From: Nitrospiraceae bacterium | GTDB lineage: Bacteria; Nitrospirota; Nitrospiria; Nitrospirales; Nitrospiraceae | Assembly: GCA_050246315.1 (NCBI GenBank) | Contig: JBFWWG010000010.1 | Location: 32,001-96,000, forward strand | Direction of reading: 5' to 3' | Length of the DNA: 64,000 nucleotides | Part shown: piece after piece, positions 20,331 through 30,777 of the stretch | How positions within the stretch are numbered: the stretch's first letter is position 1 | How the letters are laid out: each line of letters begins with the position of its first letter | The notes under the pieces: generated by a model | What the model was told of the DNA's origin: nothing | The model's database searches: none | What the model saw: only the letters and a program-made list of their open reading frames with translations | Position numbers and translations under genes: made by a program

Positions 20331-21357
20331 TCAATTGGCGACTTCGTCGATGATTGTGGATCGGATGAGTGCTCTCCACTGCTCGGTGGCGGACTCCTTG
20401 GTCAAGGAGCCCGTGGTGGCGGTCACCCTCGTGACCTGTTCGGTTTCTCAATCGTTGCGGACGGGCACGCCGAGGACCAACGACCTGATATTGGCCCGGT
20501 TGATCACGCGCGTGGCATCGATGCTGTCCATGCAAGGCATACTCACATCCATGACAACCACATCCGGCGACAGGCTGTGCGCCAGTTCGATCGCTTCGAT
20601 GCCGTTGCCGGCTTCGCTGAAGATGCAGACATCCTCGTACCCTTCTAACCCGCATTATTCATGACCGCTGCTACTGCAACCGCCGATACGCCGCTGCGAC
20701 AGGCTTGGCTGCCGGTCTCCCGCACCCAAGCGGGCAGGCTCGCCGCTCGGTCGGTCGACATACGGTTTCAAGTATGCCTTCCTTCCTCGCGGCCCCGCGT
20801 GCCCGTCTCGCGTAGCGTCTTGGCGGTTTCGTCACGAACCGTCATGAATAATGCGGGCTAACCTGCTCCGCAGCCCATGCCACACCATCGCATGGTCATC
20901 GACCAGCGGGACGCGAATCACCTTGCTCTTGTAGGAACCGCGAGGTACGGGGCCCTGGTGAAGCGTCTCATGAGACGCCGAAGGGTGAGCCGATTTCGCG
21001 ACCGGCATCCTCTGTTCTTGGGACACCACAGTGGCCGCGTGTTCGGAGTGACACACGTCACGCCCCTTCCCTACCCAGTATTGGAATCGATCACCGACGT
21101 GCCACCCATGCCCGTCATCCACTCGCCAATACTGCAGGGTCCGAACCGTAACGGCATCGTCCCGTAGATAGCCCGCTCAGTGAACTCTTCCACCCGTCCC
21201 TGGTCGATCTCGGCGATATACAACCGTTGTTGCGATCGCGTCAACTCCTCGGTCCTCTCCGTGACCCGAATTTCCAACCCTTCCGTCAATTGCTGCAATG
21301 ATGCTTCGGCCCGTTTCCGCTCGGTGATGCACGCATCATGACCATTCAGCAGCGGCG
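20331..21357 (-). pseudogene. Decayed NarX-like sensor kinase/receiver hybrid, interrupted by a MITE
   Basis: Fragments ITERKRAE (PAS end), FGPCSIGEWMTGMGG (HATPase remnant), receiver VDDHAMV...GLRSRL|EGYEDV...PDVVVMDVSMP; internal stops and deletions. Confidence 0.8.
20649..20857. mobile_element. IS1380-like MITE, copy 2 (209 bp)
   Basis: Perfect 17-bp TIR CCCGCATTATTCATGAC/GTCATGAATAATGCGGG; TSD CTAA at 20645-20648 and 20858-20861; excision restores the reading frame. Family assignment is from TIR resemblance. Confidence 0.9.
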
Positions 21358-21360
21358 TCT

Positions 21361-22080
21361 TCACCAATCCGCGCCGAGCCGATCGACCACGATCTGATGG
21401 ACAACGGCAAAGGGCCCCAACGTTGCCAAATACAGTGCAGTTTCCGCAATATCGTAGGGACTGATTCGCTCACTGCGCAGAATTTCTGCCGGCCTGGCAT
21501 CCACCAACTCGTCGGCTACCCCACCGGGGCAAATGGCGCTCACCTTGATGCGATGGGGCCGTCCTTCATCGGCCAGCGCTTTTGTCAAAGCCATTATCGC
21601 GTGCTTCGATGCGCTGTAGGTCCCTGTGCCTGTCCAGGCCTGGATCCCCGCCACGCTCGACATATTGATGATCAACCCGCCGCCTTGCCGTTTCATCTGG
21701 TTGAACCCCGCTCGGCAGCAGAAGAACGTTCCCCGCACGTTCGTCCTCATCACTTCGTCGAACGCCTCGGTCGTCGTATCGGCAACTCGGCCACCCCCGA
21801 AGATGCCGGCATTGTTCACAAGAATATCGAGGCGCCCGAACTGCCGCACGGTTTCCTGGACCAACGCCTCAACTTGGTCCACGTCCGTCACGTCGGTGGA
21901 AATGGCAATGGCCTGGCCCTCGTGCGCGCAAATTTGGTCCGCCGTGCGTCGACATAAATCTCCCCGTCGCGCCGCCACCACCACCTTGGCACCCTCCTCG
22001 CCGAACCGAAGCGCAATGGCCTTGCCGATGCCGCTGCTGCTCCCGGTGACGATCGCAACACGGTTGTGGAGGCGCGGCAT
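21361..22080 (-). CDS. Short-chain dehydrogenase/reductase
   Basis: TGSSSGIG, NNAG, YSASK. Confidence 0.92.
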   Translation of the reverse strand: MPRLHNRVAIVTGSSSGIGKAIALRFGEEGAKVVVAARRGDLCRRTADQICAHEGQAIAISTDVTDVDQVEALVQETVRQFGRLDILVNNAGIFGGGRVADTTTEAFDEVMRTNVRGTFFCCRAGFNQMKRQGGGLIINMSSVAGIQAWTGTGTYSASKHAIMALTKALADEGRPHRIKVSAICPGGVADELVDARPAEILRSERISPYDIAETALYLATLGPFAVVHQIVVDRLGADW

Positions 22081-22292
22081 GGGTTCGTGCTTCATTCCTG
22101 GGTACCGCGGTGAGCGTTTCTGATGACGGACAGCGGCGCCGTCATGTAGTCGAGGGACTAGCAGGGAAGGGTACTGACGTACCGGCGAGGTGTCAATCAG
22201 CCCGCCGGACGACATGTGCCGAGTCTGGGCGCTGAGTCAGCAGACGGATGCCCGGTCGATCGAACGGTAAGCCATGGGACGGATACGCACCA

Positions 22293-23198
22293 TCACACGG
22301 AGGATAGGACCGGCGGCGTCTGGCGGTCCGCTCGCTTCCAGATCGTCAAGATCGCTGGCTGGCTTCGGGCCTTGAGCGGCTCTCGATGCAGATACTGTCC
22401 AAGACAGTGTAGACCGGCTCGTATCGCCCCTTGCCGGGCGACCTGCATCTCATCGGCACTACAGTTCACCATCACGAAGGTGCCGTCGGTCGCCAAATTC
22501 CTGAACACCTGCTCGAAGAGTTTCGCCGGCTCGAACAATGCCAGAGGCAATCGCCAGGCCAGCAGCCGCTTCGGCGTCACGAAGGGATACCAAGCCAGGA
22601 TGACATCCGCCGTGAAACGAAGGGCACGATAGTCCGCGACGAGATATTCAGTGTGAGGTAAGTCCTTGGCGTAGCCTCTGGCCAGATCAAGCCGACTCCT
22701 CCAATGATGGTACAGCCGATAGGCGTCAATCTCGACTCCGACTAATCGTCTTGGCTTGAAAAAGGCTTGGAGTGACGGCGCGTAGGAAAAGGTCGCCGAC
22801 CCTAAATCATAGACGGTATTTCCTTGTGGGACTCTCCAATCCAATTCCTCACGCGCCCGATCCAGCACATCCAAATAGGCGTAGTTCCGGACTGCGGTGT
22901 CCTTTTGGTAACGGTGCTCAAAGCGAACGTGGTAGCGGGCGATCAGGCTGATCACGCGTCTGCGCTGGATGGGCGAAAGTTCGGGAAGGTTCTCCGCCGG
23001 TGTTTCGCGAACCGCACCTCGTGACCAACCGATGATTCGGCTCAGCTCGTACCGGACGCGATAGTTGAGCGAACGAACCCGGTCGCCGACCGAAATGCGC
23101 GCGCGATCTATGGTCTGCGGCTCCGGTTCGGATAACGACGGAGTTGCGGCCCTCGTGTTCGAAAAGAGATCAGGCGCTTCACTGGATTCGTGATACAT
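22293..23198 (-). CDS. Hypothetical protein, possible SAM-methyltransferase fold
   Basis: VYDLGS, GVEID, ADY motifs; start estimated. Confidence 0.55.
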   Translation of the reverse strand: MYHESSEAPDLFSNTRAATPSLSEPEPQTIDRARISVGDRVRSLNYRVRYELSRIIGWSRGAVRETPAENLPELSPIQRRRVISLIARYHVRFEHRYQKDTAVRNYAYLDVLDRAREELDWRVPQGNTVYDLGSATFSYAPSLQAFFKPRRLVGVEIDAYRLYHHWRSRLDLARGYAKDLPHTEYLVADYRALRFTADVILAWYPFVTPKRLLAWRLPLALFEPAKLFEQVFRNLATDGTFVMVNCSADEMQVARQGAIRAGLHCLGQYLHREPLKARSQPAILTIWKRADRQTPPVLSSV

Positions 23199-23365
23199 AG
23201 ACCGACGCCTGTCCGGGTCTCGGGCCGAGGAGTTGGAGCTTCGGTTTCGACAGGCTGATTGTCTCGCGAGCACGACGCCGTGGCAAGCTGACTCGCACTT
23301 TCTGCAGGCCCGTTGATTCGAGGCACGATCCGCCGAACCGCGGAAGGGAGGCGCCCAGGAGACGT

Positions 23366-24214
23366 TTACTTGGTGGCAGGAGAAGGAGTCAGGGTCAAGG
23401 TCATGGTCGTCTGATGTCCGGCCGTAAGGGTGACGGTTCCCTCCTGATATCCCAACACAGGATGCCAGGCGCCGATTGTGTGCGTACCGGGAGGGATATC
23501 CGTCAATTCGAATCGTCCTTGATCGTCGGTGACGGTAGCATAGGGGTTGGCGGTGATCAACACCCACCCTTCCATGAACCGATGCTGATCGCAGCTCAAC
23601 TGAAGGATGCTGCTTCGCTTGATGTGCAGAGGAAAGCTCTGTTCCGAGCCGGGATTCAATCCGTTTGAGAAAAACGATGGGATGCGGCTCTTGTCCACCA
23701 TCTCCCATCCGCGAATTTGGTGCACGATCGTATCCTTCATCATCACTCCTAACAGTTGTCCGATGGTTCCCGTCACAACCCTCGGACCAAAGCGGCACTG
23801 CTCCACCGTGACCAGCGGCCCCGCCTTAGGCACCGGCTTGCCCTTTTCCACCTCCTGCAGAAACACGACCACGTCCGCCAGTTCCTGCGCCGCCGAAACT
23901 CGGGCCTGCGGGGTCACAATGTTTCCTTCGGCATCGGCCAGGGTGCGGCAATACTCGGGATTCGCCCCCATCGTCACCTTGTACCGTTGAGGCGGTGGGA
24001 TAGTCCCGCTGAATTTCACCACTCCGACGATCGAGGCCGGACGTGCGATACTGGTCTCCTCGTAGGCGCTGACCGGACCGTCAAGTGCCAATATCACAAG
24101 CAGCGCCACGCCGATTCCAATCCAGGCTTGTACCTCGCGCGGCTCCCTGTAGCCGCGCCTTACCGTATGTCCCCATCGCTCACGGCACCACCATGTCATG
24201 CTGTTGAGAAGCAT
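23366..24214 (-). CDS. Secreted carboxypeptidase-regulatory-like domain protein
   Basis: LSCDQHRFMEGW, NPYATVTDDQGRFELTDIPPGTHTIGAWHP; true start probably downstream of 24214. Confidence 0.78.
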   Translation of the reverse strand: MLLNSMTWWCRERWGHTVRRGYREPREVQAWIGIGVALLVILALDGPVSAYEETSIARPASIVGVVKFSGTIPPPQRYKVTMGANPEYCRTLADAEGNIVTPQARVSAAQELADVVVFLQEVEKGKPVPKAGPLVTVEQCRFGPRVVTGTIGQLLGVMMKDTIVHQIRGWEMVDKSRIPSFFSNGLNPGSEQSFPLHIKRSSILQLSCDQHRFMEGWVLITANPYATVTDDQGRFELTDIPPGTHTIGAWHPVLGYQEGTVTLTAGHQTTMTLTLTPSPATK

Positions 24215-24420
24215 CGGTTTGCTTATCCTCTTCCGTTCAGTCCAGTAGAGACTGTGCAGGACGGCCAGACAGAACCCCCGTCAGGTGTCGCTCACCGATG
24301 AAATACGAGACAGGGTGCGATGACCATCCTCGACAGAATCTACTTGATCTGCCTGCTCCTCTCCCTATACTGTCCCCCGATCCGACAAGAACTCCTCATC
24401 ACCGCATGCACAACCGATCC

Positions 24421-25428
24421 ATGAAGAGAGGCGGGCCTTGGCTGAGTCGCGGGCCATTGATCCTGTTGGAGCTTTTGTATTCGCCGTGGTTGGGAGTTGC
24501 TGCCTTCCTGCTCTGGGCGGAACTCGCAGCCGCCTTCACCCCGGTGATCGAGGTATCGTTGGATCGCGACGGGACTAAAGGCTCGCTGGGTCCGGGAGAA
24601 CACGCTCAGCTCGTCCTCTCCGTCGATTCACCTCCCCGCCTCCATGAGGAGGATGTGGTCGCTATCCTGGAAAGTCCCTTCCTCGCTACACGACTGTTGC
24701 CACTGACGTTTGACCAGGGCACCCGCACCCTGATCGGAAACGTGGAGGTCGAGGCCCCGATGCTCAGTGCGGGTGGAGCGCTTCCGAAGGCCATGCCCGT
24801 GAAGCTGGTCGTGGCCTCCCGGCGAGGTACCAGATTGACTCCTTTGGCCCATCGTTTGCTTTATATCACAACACAACCACCTGGGGCCGCTCTCCGTGGG
24901 AGCCCTGAGGCCGGTTCCGCGCAGAAGGCCACGTCCGGCCCGTCTGCCCCAAACGGCGAGGTACAACCTGGTGTTGCCCCGCTTCCCTTCGCGAGGTCCG
25001 AGGGTGCGGTGCAGGAGCAGTCCCTGCTTCCGGAGACCGCCTCTATGCTGAGTCCGAGTTATTGGAGCACGGTCAAGGGTCGTATCGTTCAGAGTGTCCG
25101 CGAACATCTTCCATCTCGGATTCAAACAGGCTCTGCACAGGCGGTGACCGTACATTTTCGTCTCTATGCCAATGGGGACGCTCAACTCATCCAGGTTGAA
25201 CAGAGTTCCGGCAATGCGGCCGTTGATGAGGCGACCATGAAGGCGGTCGTAGAGGCACACCCCTTTCCCCCGTTTCCATCGGAGATCGTGGATCCGCACC
25301 TTGAGGTCCACATAGCGGTTCCGCATACTCGGAGTCATCCTCGTACTCGGATTGACCGGGCCGGCAGTTCCGCTTCTATCCCCCCCGCACCTTCCTCAAG
25401 TCCTGATCGCAACCAGATGTCCAACTGA
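24421..25428 (+). CDS. TonB C-terminal domain protein
   Basis: Signal/TM segment; QSSGNAAVDEATMKAV...PFPPFP. Confidence 0.72.
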   Translation: MKRGGPWLSRGPLILLELLYSPWLGVAAFLLWAELAAAFTPVIEVSLDRDGTKGSLGPGEHAQLVLSVDSPPRLHEEDVVAILESPFLATRLLPLTFDQGTRTLIGNVEVEAPMLSAGGALPKAMPVKLVVASRRGTRLTPLAHRLLYITTQPPGAALRGSPEAGSAQKATSGPSAPNGEVQPGVAPLPFARSEGAVQEQSLLPETASMLSPSYWSTVKGRIVQSVREHLPSRIQTGSAQAVTVHFRLYANGDAQLIQVEQSSGNAAVDEATMKAVVEAHPFPPFPSEIVDPHLEVHIAVPHTRSHPRTRIDRAGSSASIPPAPSSSPDRNQMSN

Positions 25429-25536
25429 CCCGCATCCGGTTCAATTCGACAAGCGGCGGGCGTTCCCTTGGTGAATCGTTCGCCGTTTTCGAGGCGACTT
25501 CCCTACGATAGAGATGGAATCCTCTCGAGTACGTGG

Positions 25537-25782
25537 CTAAGACCGTCGTCGCCCGAAGAGCATGCTCAACGCAGTCCCTAGCGTTAGCCCGGCTAGCACC
25601 AAGACAAGGGCTTCACCGTGAGACCATCCCTTGAGACCGGACTCGTGCCCCGACCGGCTGTACCCGGGCCCCACCATGGCTTCTCCGCCCAGCCACTCAT
25701 CGGAGCTGATCGATCCGAATCCAGCGGAACTGGCGATATCCGGCAGAGCTTCGACACGATGGGTGTCCCTTGGATCGTTCAT
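25537..25782 (-). CDS. Small membrane protein
   Basis: C-terminal TM helix; TAATG overlap with upstream gene. Confidence 0.6.
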   Translation of the reverse strand: MNDPRDTHRVEALPDIASSAGFGSISSDEWLGGEAMVGPGYSRSGHESGLKGWSHGEALVLVLAGLTLGTALSMLFGRRRS

Positions 25783-27155
25783 TATCCCGAATCCCTGTCG
25801 AAGTGCGACGCGCCGGAGCCCATCCGTTTATAAATAACCTTTCTCCCGATCAGCATCAACCCAAACGACGTGGCGAACGCTATCGGGACGAAAATGGCCG
25901 AAGCTAACGTGGCATTTCCCAGCCATCCTATCTCGTGTAATGCCTTGAACATATAGTTCCCAAGTCCGCTGAGATAATACGTGATGACGATGACCGAGAG
26001 ACTTTCGACCGTATGTTGCAGGATGGCCTGACTACGCGTGGTCTTATCCACGCTTGCGAGTAACTTGAGATTCTGATCCTGAGCTTCTAGATTCTGTTCT
26101 TGCAGTCGTAGCTCAATTTGTGTCCGGATCACGGCGACCGTGGCCTCGAAATCCGCCTGCATGGCATCAATCCGCCGCAGGAGCTGTTGGTAGCCGTCTG
26201 CGACGCCGGTAATCCGCCAGCGAATGTACTCCGAGATCGGTCGAATCGACGGCACCGGCTGTTCCTGCAAGGCCTCAAGATTTCCACGGACAATTTTATC
26301 GTAGGGGAATGCTCCTGACAGTCGATACCGCATAGATTCGGCGAGTCGACTGACCTGGAGCAGGTCCTGCGTCAGCGCATTCAGCCATTTCTGAAGCGAG
26401 GCCGGCGTGGCCGTTCCCATCTGTTCCATGACTACGGCGCGCTGGTAGAGGTGGCGTTGCTCGTAGTCGTGAATCTGATCGACCGCCCGTGAAAAAGCCT
26501 GCATCGGCAACATCACTAAGTGGTAGTAATTCTCGATGGCGACAATGGTGTCTACCAATTTGGCCGCGTATTGCTTGAGCGTCTCTCCGGAGCGCCCACT
26601 GACATGGTAGCGCTCCCGCGTATCCTCATCCGGCGTGAAGCTGGTCGCCACCACAATGTCCTCGCCGAACACCCGGCTGGCGTAGAGGTGCGGTCCAGGC
26701 ATCATCGGCTTCAAGGATTCTGCGGTGACCGATCCCTCGACCTGAAGGAGGATATCGAGCGCGTTGACGCGAATTCCGAGCGGACAGACGGGGAAGACAT
26801 ATCCCGGATAGGTGATTGGACCGAAAGTGAGCGGCTTGCTCTTGTCAGCCGAAAGGTGCCAAGTCTGATAACTGTAGTACTCCGTGTGCGCCTCCCACGC
26901 AACGATTAGGCGGTCGCCGTGCTCGGTCAGTTTGGCGCCAAATCCAAGACGTTCCCCTACATCCGCCTGATCCGGTGGAATGTCGAGGCAGTCGAGAATG
27001 TTCAGGAACTCTTGCCGACTCTGCGGACGATCCACGGGAGGATTGGCCATTCGGTGAGCCACATGGTGGACATGCGCCGGAACCTCCAGCGAGTTGGGCA
27101 GGAAGTGCTTGATCGGCTGATGGATGCGTCGAAGAAAAGGCTGCCCGCTATTCAC
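25782..27155 (-). CDS. DUF3422-like membrane-anchored protein
   Basis: WEAHTEY, IENYYHL, LQHTVESLSVIVITYY, two C-terminal TMs. Confidence 0.75.
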   Translation of the reverse strand: MNSGQPFLRRIHQPIKHFLPNSLEVPAHVHHVAHRMANPPVDRPQSRQEFLNILDCLDIPPDQADVGERLGFGAKLTEHGDRLIVAWEAHTEYYSYQTWHLSADKSKPLTFGPITYPGYVFPVCPLGIRVNALDILLQVEGSVTAESLKPMMPGPHLYASRVFGEDIVVATSFTPDEDTRERYHVSGRSGETLKQYAAKLVDTIVAIENYYHLVMLPMQAFSRAVDQIHDYEQRHLYQRAVVMEQMGTATPASLQKWLNALTQDLLQVSRLAESMRYRLSGAFPYDKIVRGNLEALQEQPVPSIRPISEYIRWRITGVADGYQQLLRRIDAMQADFEATVAVIRTQIELRLQEQNLEAQDQNLKLLASVDKTTRSQAILQHTVESLSVIVITYYLSGLGNYMFKALHEIGWLGNATLASAIFVPIAFATSFGLMLIGRKVIYKRMGSGASHFDRDSG

Positions 27156-27346
27156 CCGATCGCCTCCTTGGCCAACTCACATGTCCGTCCTGCCTCAGTA
27201 GCGACATCCGCTCGTACCGGATTCACCATGCCCATCAACCGACGCTGCAGAGGCGAGGCCATGAATGGGTGACACCCATGGGCGAGCACGGCGCAAACAA
27301 GGTCGTGACGGCGGAGGAGGCGTTGGCGCAGCACGGCTGGCTCCAC
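27152..27346 (-). CDS. Small hypothetical protein
   Basis: Start/stop overlaps on both sides (TAGTG, GTGA). Confidence 0.4.
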   Translation of the reverse strand: MEPAVLRQRLLRRHDLVCAVLAHGCHPFMASPLQRRLMGMVNPVRADVATEAGRTCELAKEAIG

Positions 27347-27522
27347 TATTCCTCGTCTGTTTCCTCTTCCTCTTCGATATCCTCAATTCCCTCGTAGCTC
27401 GCCTCGCTCAACGAAAAGGAGGCGGCGGCTTTCTCACTCATGGAATCCACGAACTCCTCGGCCTCTTCAGGTGAATCGGCACTCACGATAAATTTGACAA
27501 TAACTCCATAACGTTGGCTCAC
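27346..27522 (-). CDS. 58-aa acidic small protein (below ORF-track cutoff)
   Basis: RBS AAGGAG + GTG; MSQRYGVIVKFIVSADSPEEAEEFVDSM...EEEEETDEE. Confidence 0.7.
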   Translation of the reverse strand: MSQRYGVIVKFIVSADSPEEAEEFVDSMSEKAAASFSLSEASYEGIEDIEEEEETDEE

Positions 27523-27903
27523 CGGACACTCCTTTGTGACAACAGAGGCCTTCGATCAGCATGGCCCAACGACTCCGCTCTTCGCGGTTTCACAGTCCCA
27601 CCGTATTGAGCGTTCTCAGTTGGAGGAGGGGCGCATCATACAACAGACTATCCGCCGCCGTCATCCATCTCCCTCGACCCGATCGAGACAAACCGACTTC
27701 TCCATCTGTGCGCCGTCGGCCACCGGCCGGTCGCCGCACCAGAGCGCCCAGCGCAATGCATTTCGCCGTCGTCAGCGATTGAGAACCAGTTCACGGGAGT
27801 GTGGAGCCGGTCGTTCCGTGAAAGATTAGAGGAGGTCAGGGCAGGGCGACCCGCCGGCTCGATCATCAAATGATCCAGCCGGCAAGGTCGCGGCAAGGTG
27901 CGG

Positions 27904-28686
27904 TTACTTCATGCTCAAGAAGAAATGGCCGCGACGGTTTTGTTGATAGCATGATTCATTGTGCTCCGAGCAGAACGGGCGGTTCTTTCCAAACGAGAGG
28001 ATGGAGACTTGCGTAGGGTTCACTCCCAGATCACTCAGCACCCGCTTGACGGCCTTCGCCCGCTTCTCCCCGAGCACCACGTTGTAATCGTTTGTACCGC
28101 GCTCATCACAATGGCCGGATATGCGAACCTGGGCGCGTGGGTTACGTTTGATCCAGTCGGCATTGGCTGACAACCCCATCATCGTCTCATTGGAAATGCT
28201 CCAGAGATCGAAGCCGAAGAAGGCATCTCTCAACCCAGCCTCGATGGCGGCCTCCTCCTCTCGGCGAAGTTCGGCCAATCGCCGATCAGATTGTTCTCCA
28301 GCCGTCGTGAGCATGCGGGAAGAAATCGCGCCTTCCCTCACGCGCTCCTCTGAGAGCTCCTGGCCTGGACCCAGTCGATCCAATCCACGCAATATTCCTC
28401 CGTCCACTGTTTCAGGGGACACGCCCGGACCCACCATTGATAAGACAGGCGTGTCATGCTTGAAGCCATCGCCGGTAACCATCTCGCGTGACGATCCTCC
28501 ATCGTCGCTGGCTGATCCGGTCGATTGGACACTTTCTCCTAGACCGGTGATTTGGGTCGGACGATCGTGCTGAGCGTACTCAGCATCCGAACTGGACGAA
28601 AACCATTTCCCACCGCTGCACCCGGGCAAAATAAGCAGGCACATCCCCGCATAGATGGCCATGTCTCTCGAAACTTTACGTGCCAT
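27904..28686 (-). CDS. Pal/OmpA-family lipoprotein
   Basis: Lipobox LPGC; GHCDERGTNDYNVVLGEKRA, SFGK, QNRR. Confidence 0.88.
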   Translation of the reverse strand: MARKVSRDMAIYAGMCLLILPGCSGGKWFSSSSDAEYAQHDRPTQITGLGESVQSTGSASDDGGSSREMVTGDGFKHDTPVLSMVGPGVSPETVDGGILRGLDRLGPGQELSEERVREGAISSRMLTTAGEQSDRRLAELRREEEAAIEAGLRDAFFGFDLWSISNETMMGLSANADWIKRNPRAQVRISGHCDERGTNDYNVVLGEKRAKAVKRVLSDLGVNPTQVSILSFGKNRPFCSEHNESCYQQNRRGHFFLSMK

Positions 28687-29719
28687 GGAGCGCTCCTTAT
28701 GTGTGATGACAGCTACGGGCAGATCCGCCAGGGGAGCCCATTCGGATTCCCCAAGTGTAGCGCATCCACAAGAACAGGCGAGGCGATGTCGATCTGTACC
28801 CATTTGTGCCTACTTGCGTCATGAAAACAGTGCTCTGCTAGCGGTCGACTCTGGCGCGTCTGACCTTGATCTCTCATCTCCCTCTTTCACCATTGTGAGC
28901 TGGTTGAATGAGGATCGCTTCGGCTGTGACAATTGAAAGGATCAACTCATCGCTCCGTGCCTTCGGCACAGATCCCACGAGCTTGCCAAGACAAACTCCT
29001 CGCTAGGGAAGGTCTGAATAATTCCCAATCATAATTGGTCGACGCACAAAAGACGGAGAATCTGGCCGCTCGCGGTCTAGAATTTCGAATTGATCAGACC
29101 TTCCCTGGCGAATCTACAAGACACGGCGACAGTTGTGTAGCGTGTACTTGCGTATGACATCTGCTTACGAGTCGTTCGTGCGCAGCGTCGAGTCCGAGAG
29201 GACTTGGCGACAGGTTAATAGCGTAAGCTCCGCTCCGATCACAGGGCTCCTGCGGCGAGGTGGTCCCGAACGCCAACAAGGAGCAGCCAATCCTTCCGGA
29301 TTCCAACAGTCGGACAATGCGAAAGATACTAAGACACTTGCAGGACCGAAGCGGGACATGGGGGCACGAGGATTGGAGGGAGATCGATTCGGGCCTCGTT
29401 CGGCTCGATCGAGATATGTTCGAATTGGTTAGTGAGAAATGTGTACGAATCGATAAAGTTGGGCAGCACTACCGACCTGACTGAGAGTGGAAACATCAAG
29501 CGGGCCTCACCGGAGAGGAGTCCGCTGGTGAGATCGTTGGTCAGATGGTGTATCGTTCGTCTGCCTCATAGCTGGGCAACCCCTCACCTTCGGATCGCCA
29601 GATCGTCAAGGTCGTAGAAGCGATGTCATGGCTGGTGCAAATCTCGCTATTGTCGAACTTTCTAGCGGGTGGGCCCGCTCAATCAGCTTCTTTGAACGCC
29701 CGTCCTCTCGGAGAATCGC

Positions 29720-30103
29720 TTATAGCCTCGACGCCATGAGACAGGGCCAGTTCCTCAAACGGTGTTGGATCTCGGGTTGGGGATTCACCGCTTCGATCCC
29801 AAATTCATGCCCCCGATTCCATTGCACCAGTGCTTGGTGGATCTGGAGGGGATTTGGGTCCTCTGGCATCTGAATGCGCAAGCTAAGCCGCGCTCCTTGC
29901 CGAACAGGATAGGTCCCGACCAACCGCCACCCGCCCAACGAAAAATCAGTGACCGTCGCCTGGCCTGCACGGTCCTTGCCCCAATAGAAGGCTGGCACCT
30001 GGACCGAAAACCGCTGATACTCCCGTATGATGAACCGTGCGACCGTCTCTATCCCTCCCTTGTCTGGACTTCTGAGTCGAGCTGTCCTCCCTTGGCGACT
30101 CAT
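29720..30103 (-). CDS. PilZ-domain protein
   Basis: REYQRF and DFSLGG c-di-GMP motifs. Confidence 0.75.
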   Translation of the reverse strand: MSRQGRTARLRSPDKGGIETVARFIIREYQRFSVQVPAFYWGKDRAGQATVTDFSLGGWRLVGTYPVRQGARLSLRIQMPEDPNPLQIHQALVQWNRGHEFGIEAVNPQPEIQHRLRNWPCLMASRL

Positions 30104-30178
30104 GAGATAGCGGGATGGTTGCCTCCGACGCAGGCACAGGATTTGTCGTGGGAAGGAGATCGCCCGCACGACAGCCGA

Positions 30179-30454
30179 TTATTGCGGCAGCATCCCGCCG
30201 GTAGCCTCCAACGCGCTAAGCCGTTGGCGGCCGGCTTCGGTCAACCGAAAGTGCATTCCGTCATCGTGCGCGTCTACATACCCCAAGTTCACGAGCGCTG
30301 CAAGGTACGGTGTGATTGCTTCCCTGCCACCGGCGAGTCCATCCCCATTTTCCACATACCACGGTCCATTTTCATCCTGCACACGCCGGAGGATGGCTCG
30401 AATAATCTGCCGACCTCGTTCGAGAACCTGAGCGACCTCCCGATCCTGTTCCAT
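30179..30454 (-). CDS. Small hypothetical protein, winged-helix-like
   Basis: LAALVNLGYV...FRLTEAGRQRL pattern. Confidence 0.55.
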   Translation of the reverse strand: MEQDREVAQVLERGRQIIRAILRRVQDENGPWYVENGDGLAGGREAITPYLAALVNLGYVDAHDDGMHFRLTEAGRQRLSALEATGGMLPQ

Positions 30455-30531
30455 TTGATTCTCCTCCACCCGAACCTTCGCACTCCAAGCTAAGCGAGTC
30501 AGCATGATATCCTCACAATCTCAGACCCTCG

Positions 30532-30777
30532 TTAGGCGGCACGTTCGAAATGCACCGCGTTTGACGGTTCGACCGATACGGGTACGTCGTTCGTCAACTC
30601 ACTCGCGACCGTCACCAGACTCGCTTCATGCTGCCGGCGGTTGGCGTCCATCTGCGATTCCATCACGTTCCCACAGTTCATGCAGCGCATTGCCATAACC
30701 CAGTGCGGCCCCATCGTCTCCTGAAGATCGATGAAATAGTCTTCGACCATGAACCCTTGACATCGCGGACAGTTCAT
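30532..30777 (-). CDS. Small zinc-ribbon protein
   Basis: RBS AGGAGG; CPRC...CMNCG. Confidence 0.8.
   Translation of the reverse strand: MNCPRCQGFMVEDYFIDLQETMGPHWVMAMRCMNCGNVMESQMDANRRQHEASLVTVASELTNDVPVSVEPSNAVHFERAA

Noticed and set aside
23199..23798. 5' extension of the 501-aa ORF and other long antisense ORFs in the track
   Set aside because: They overlap well-supported genes and are typical shadow ORFs of GC-rich DNA.
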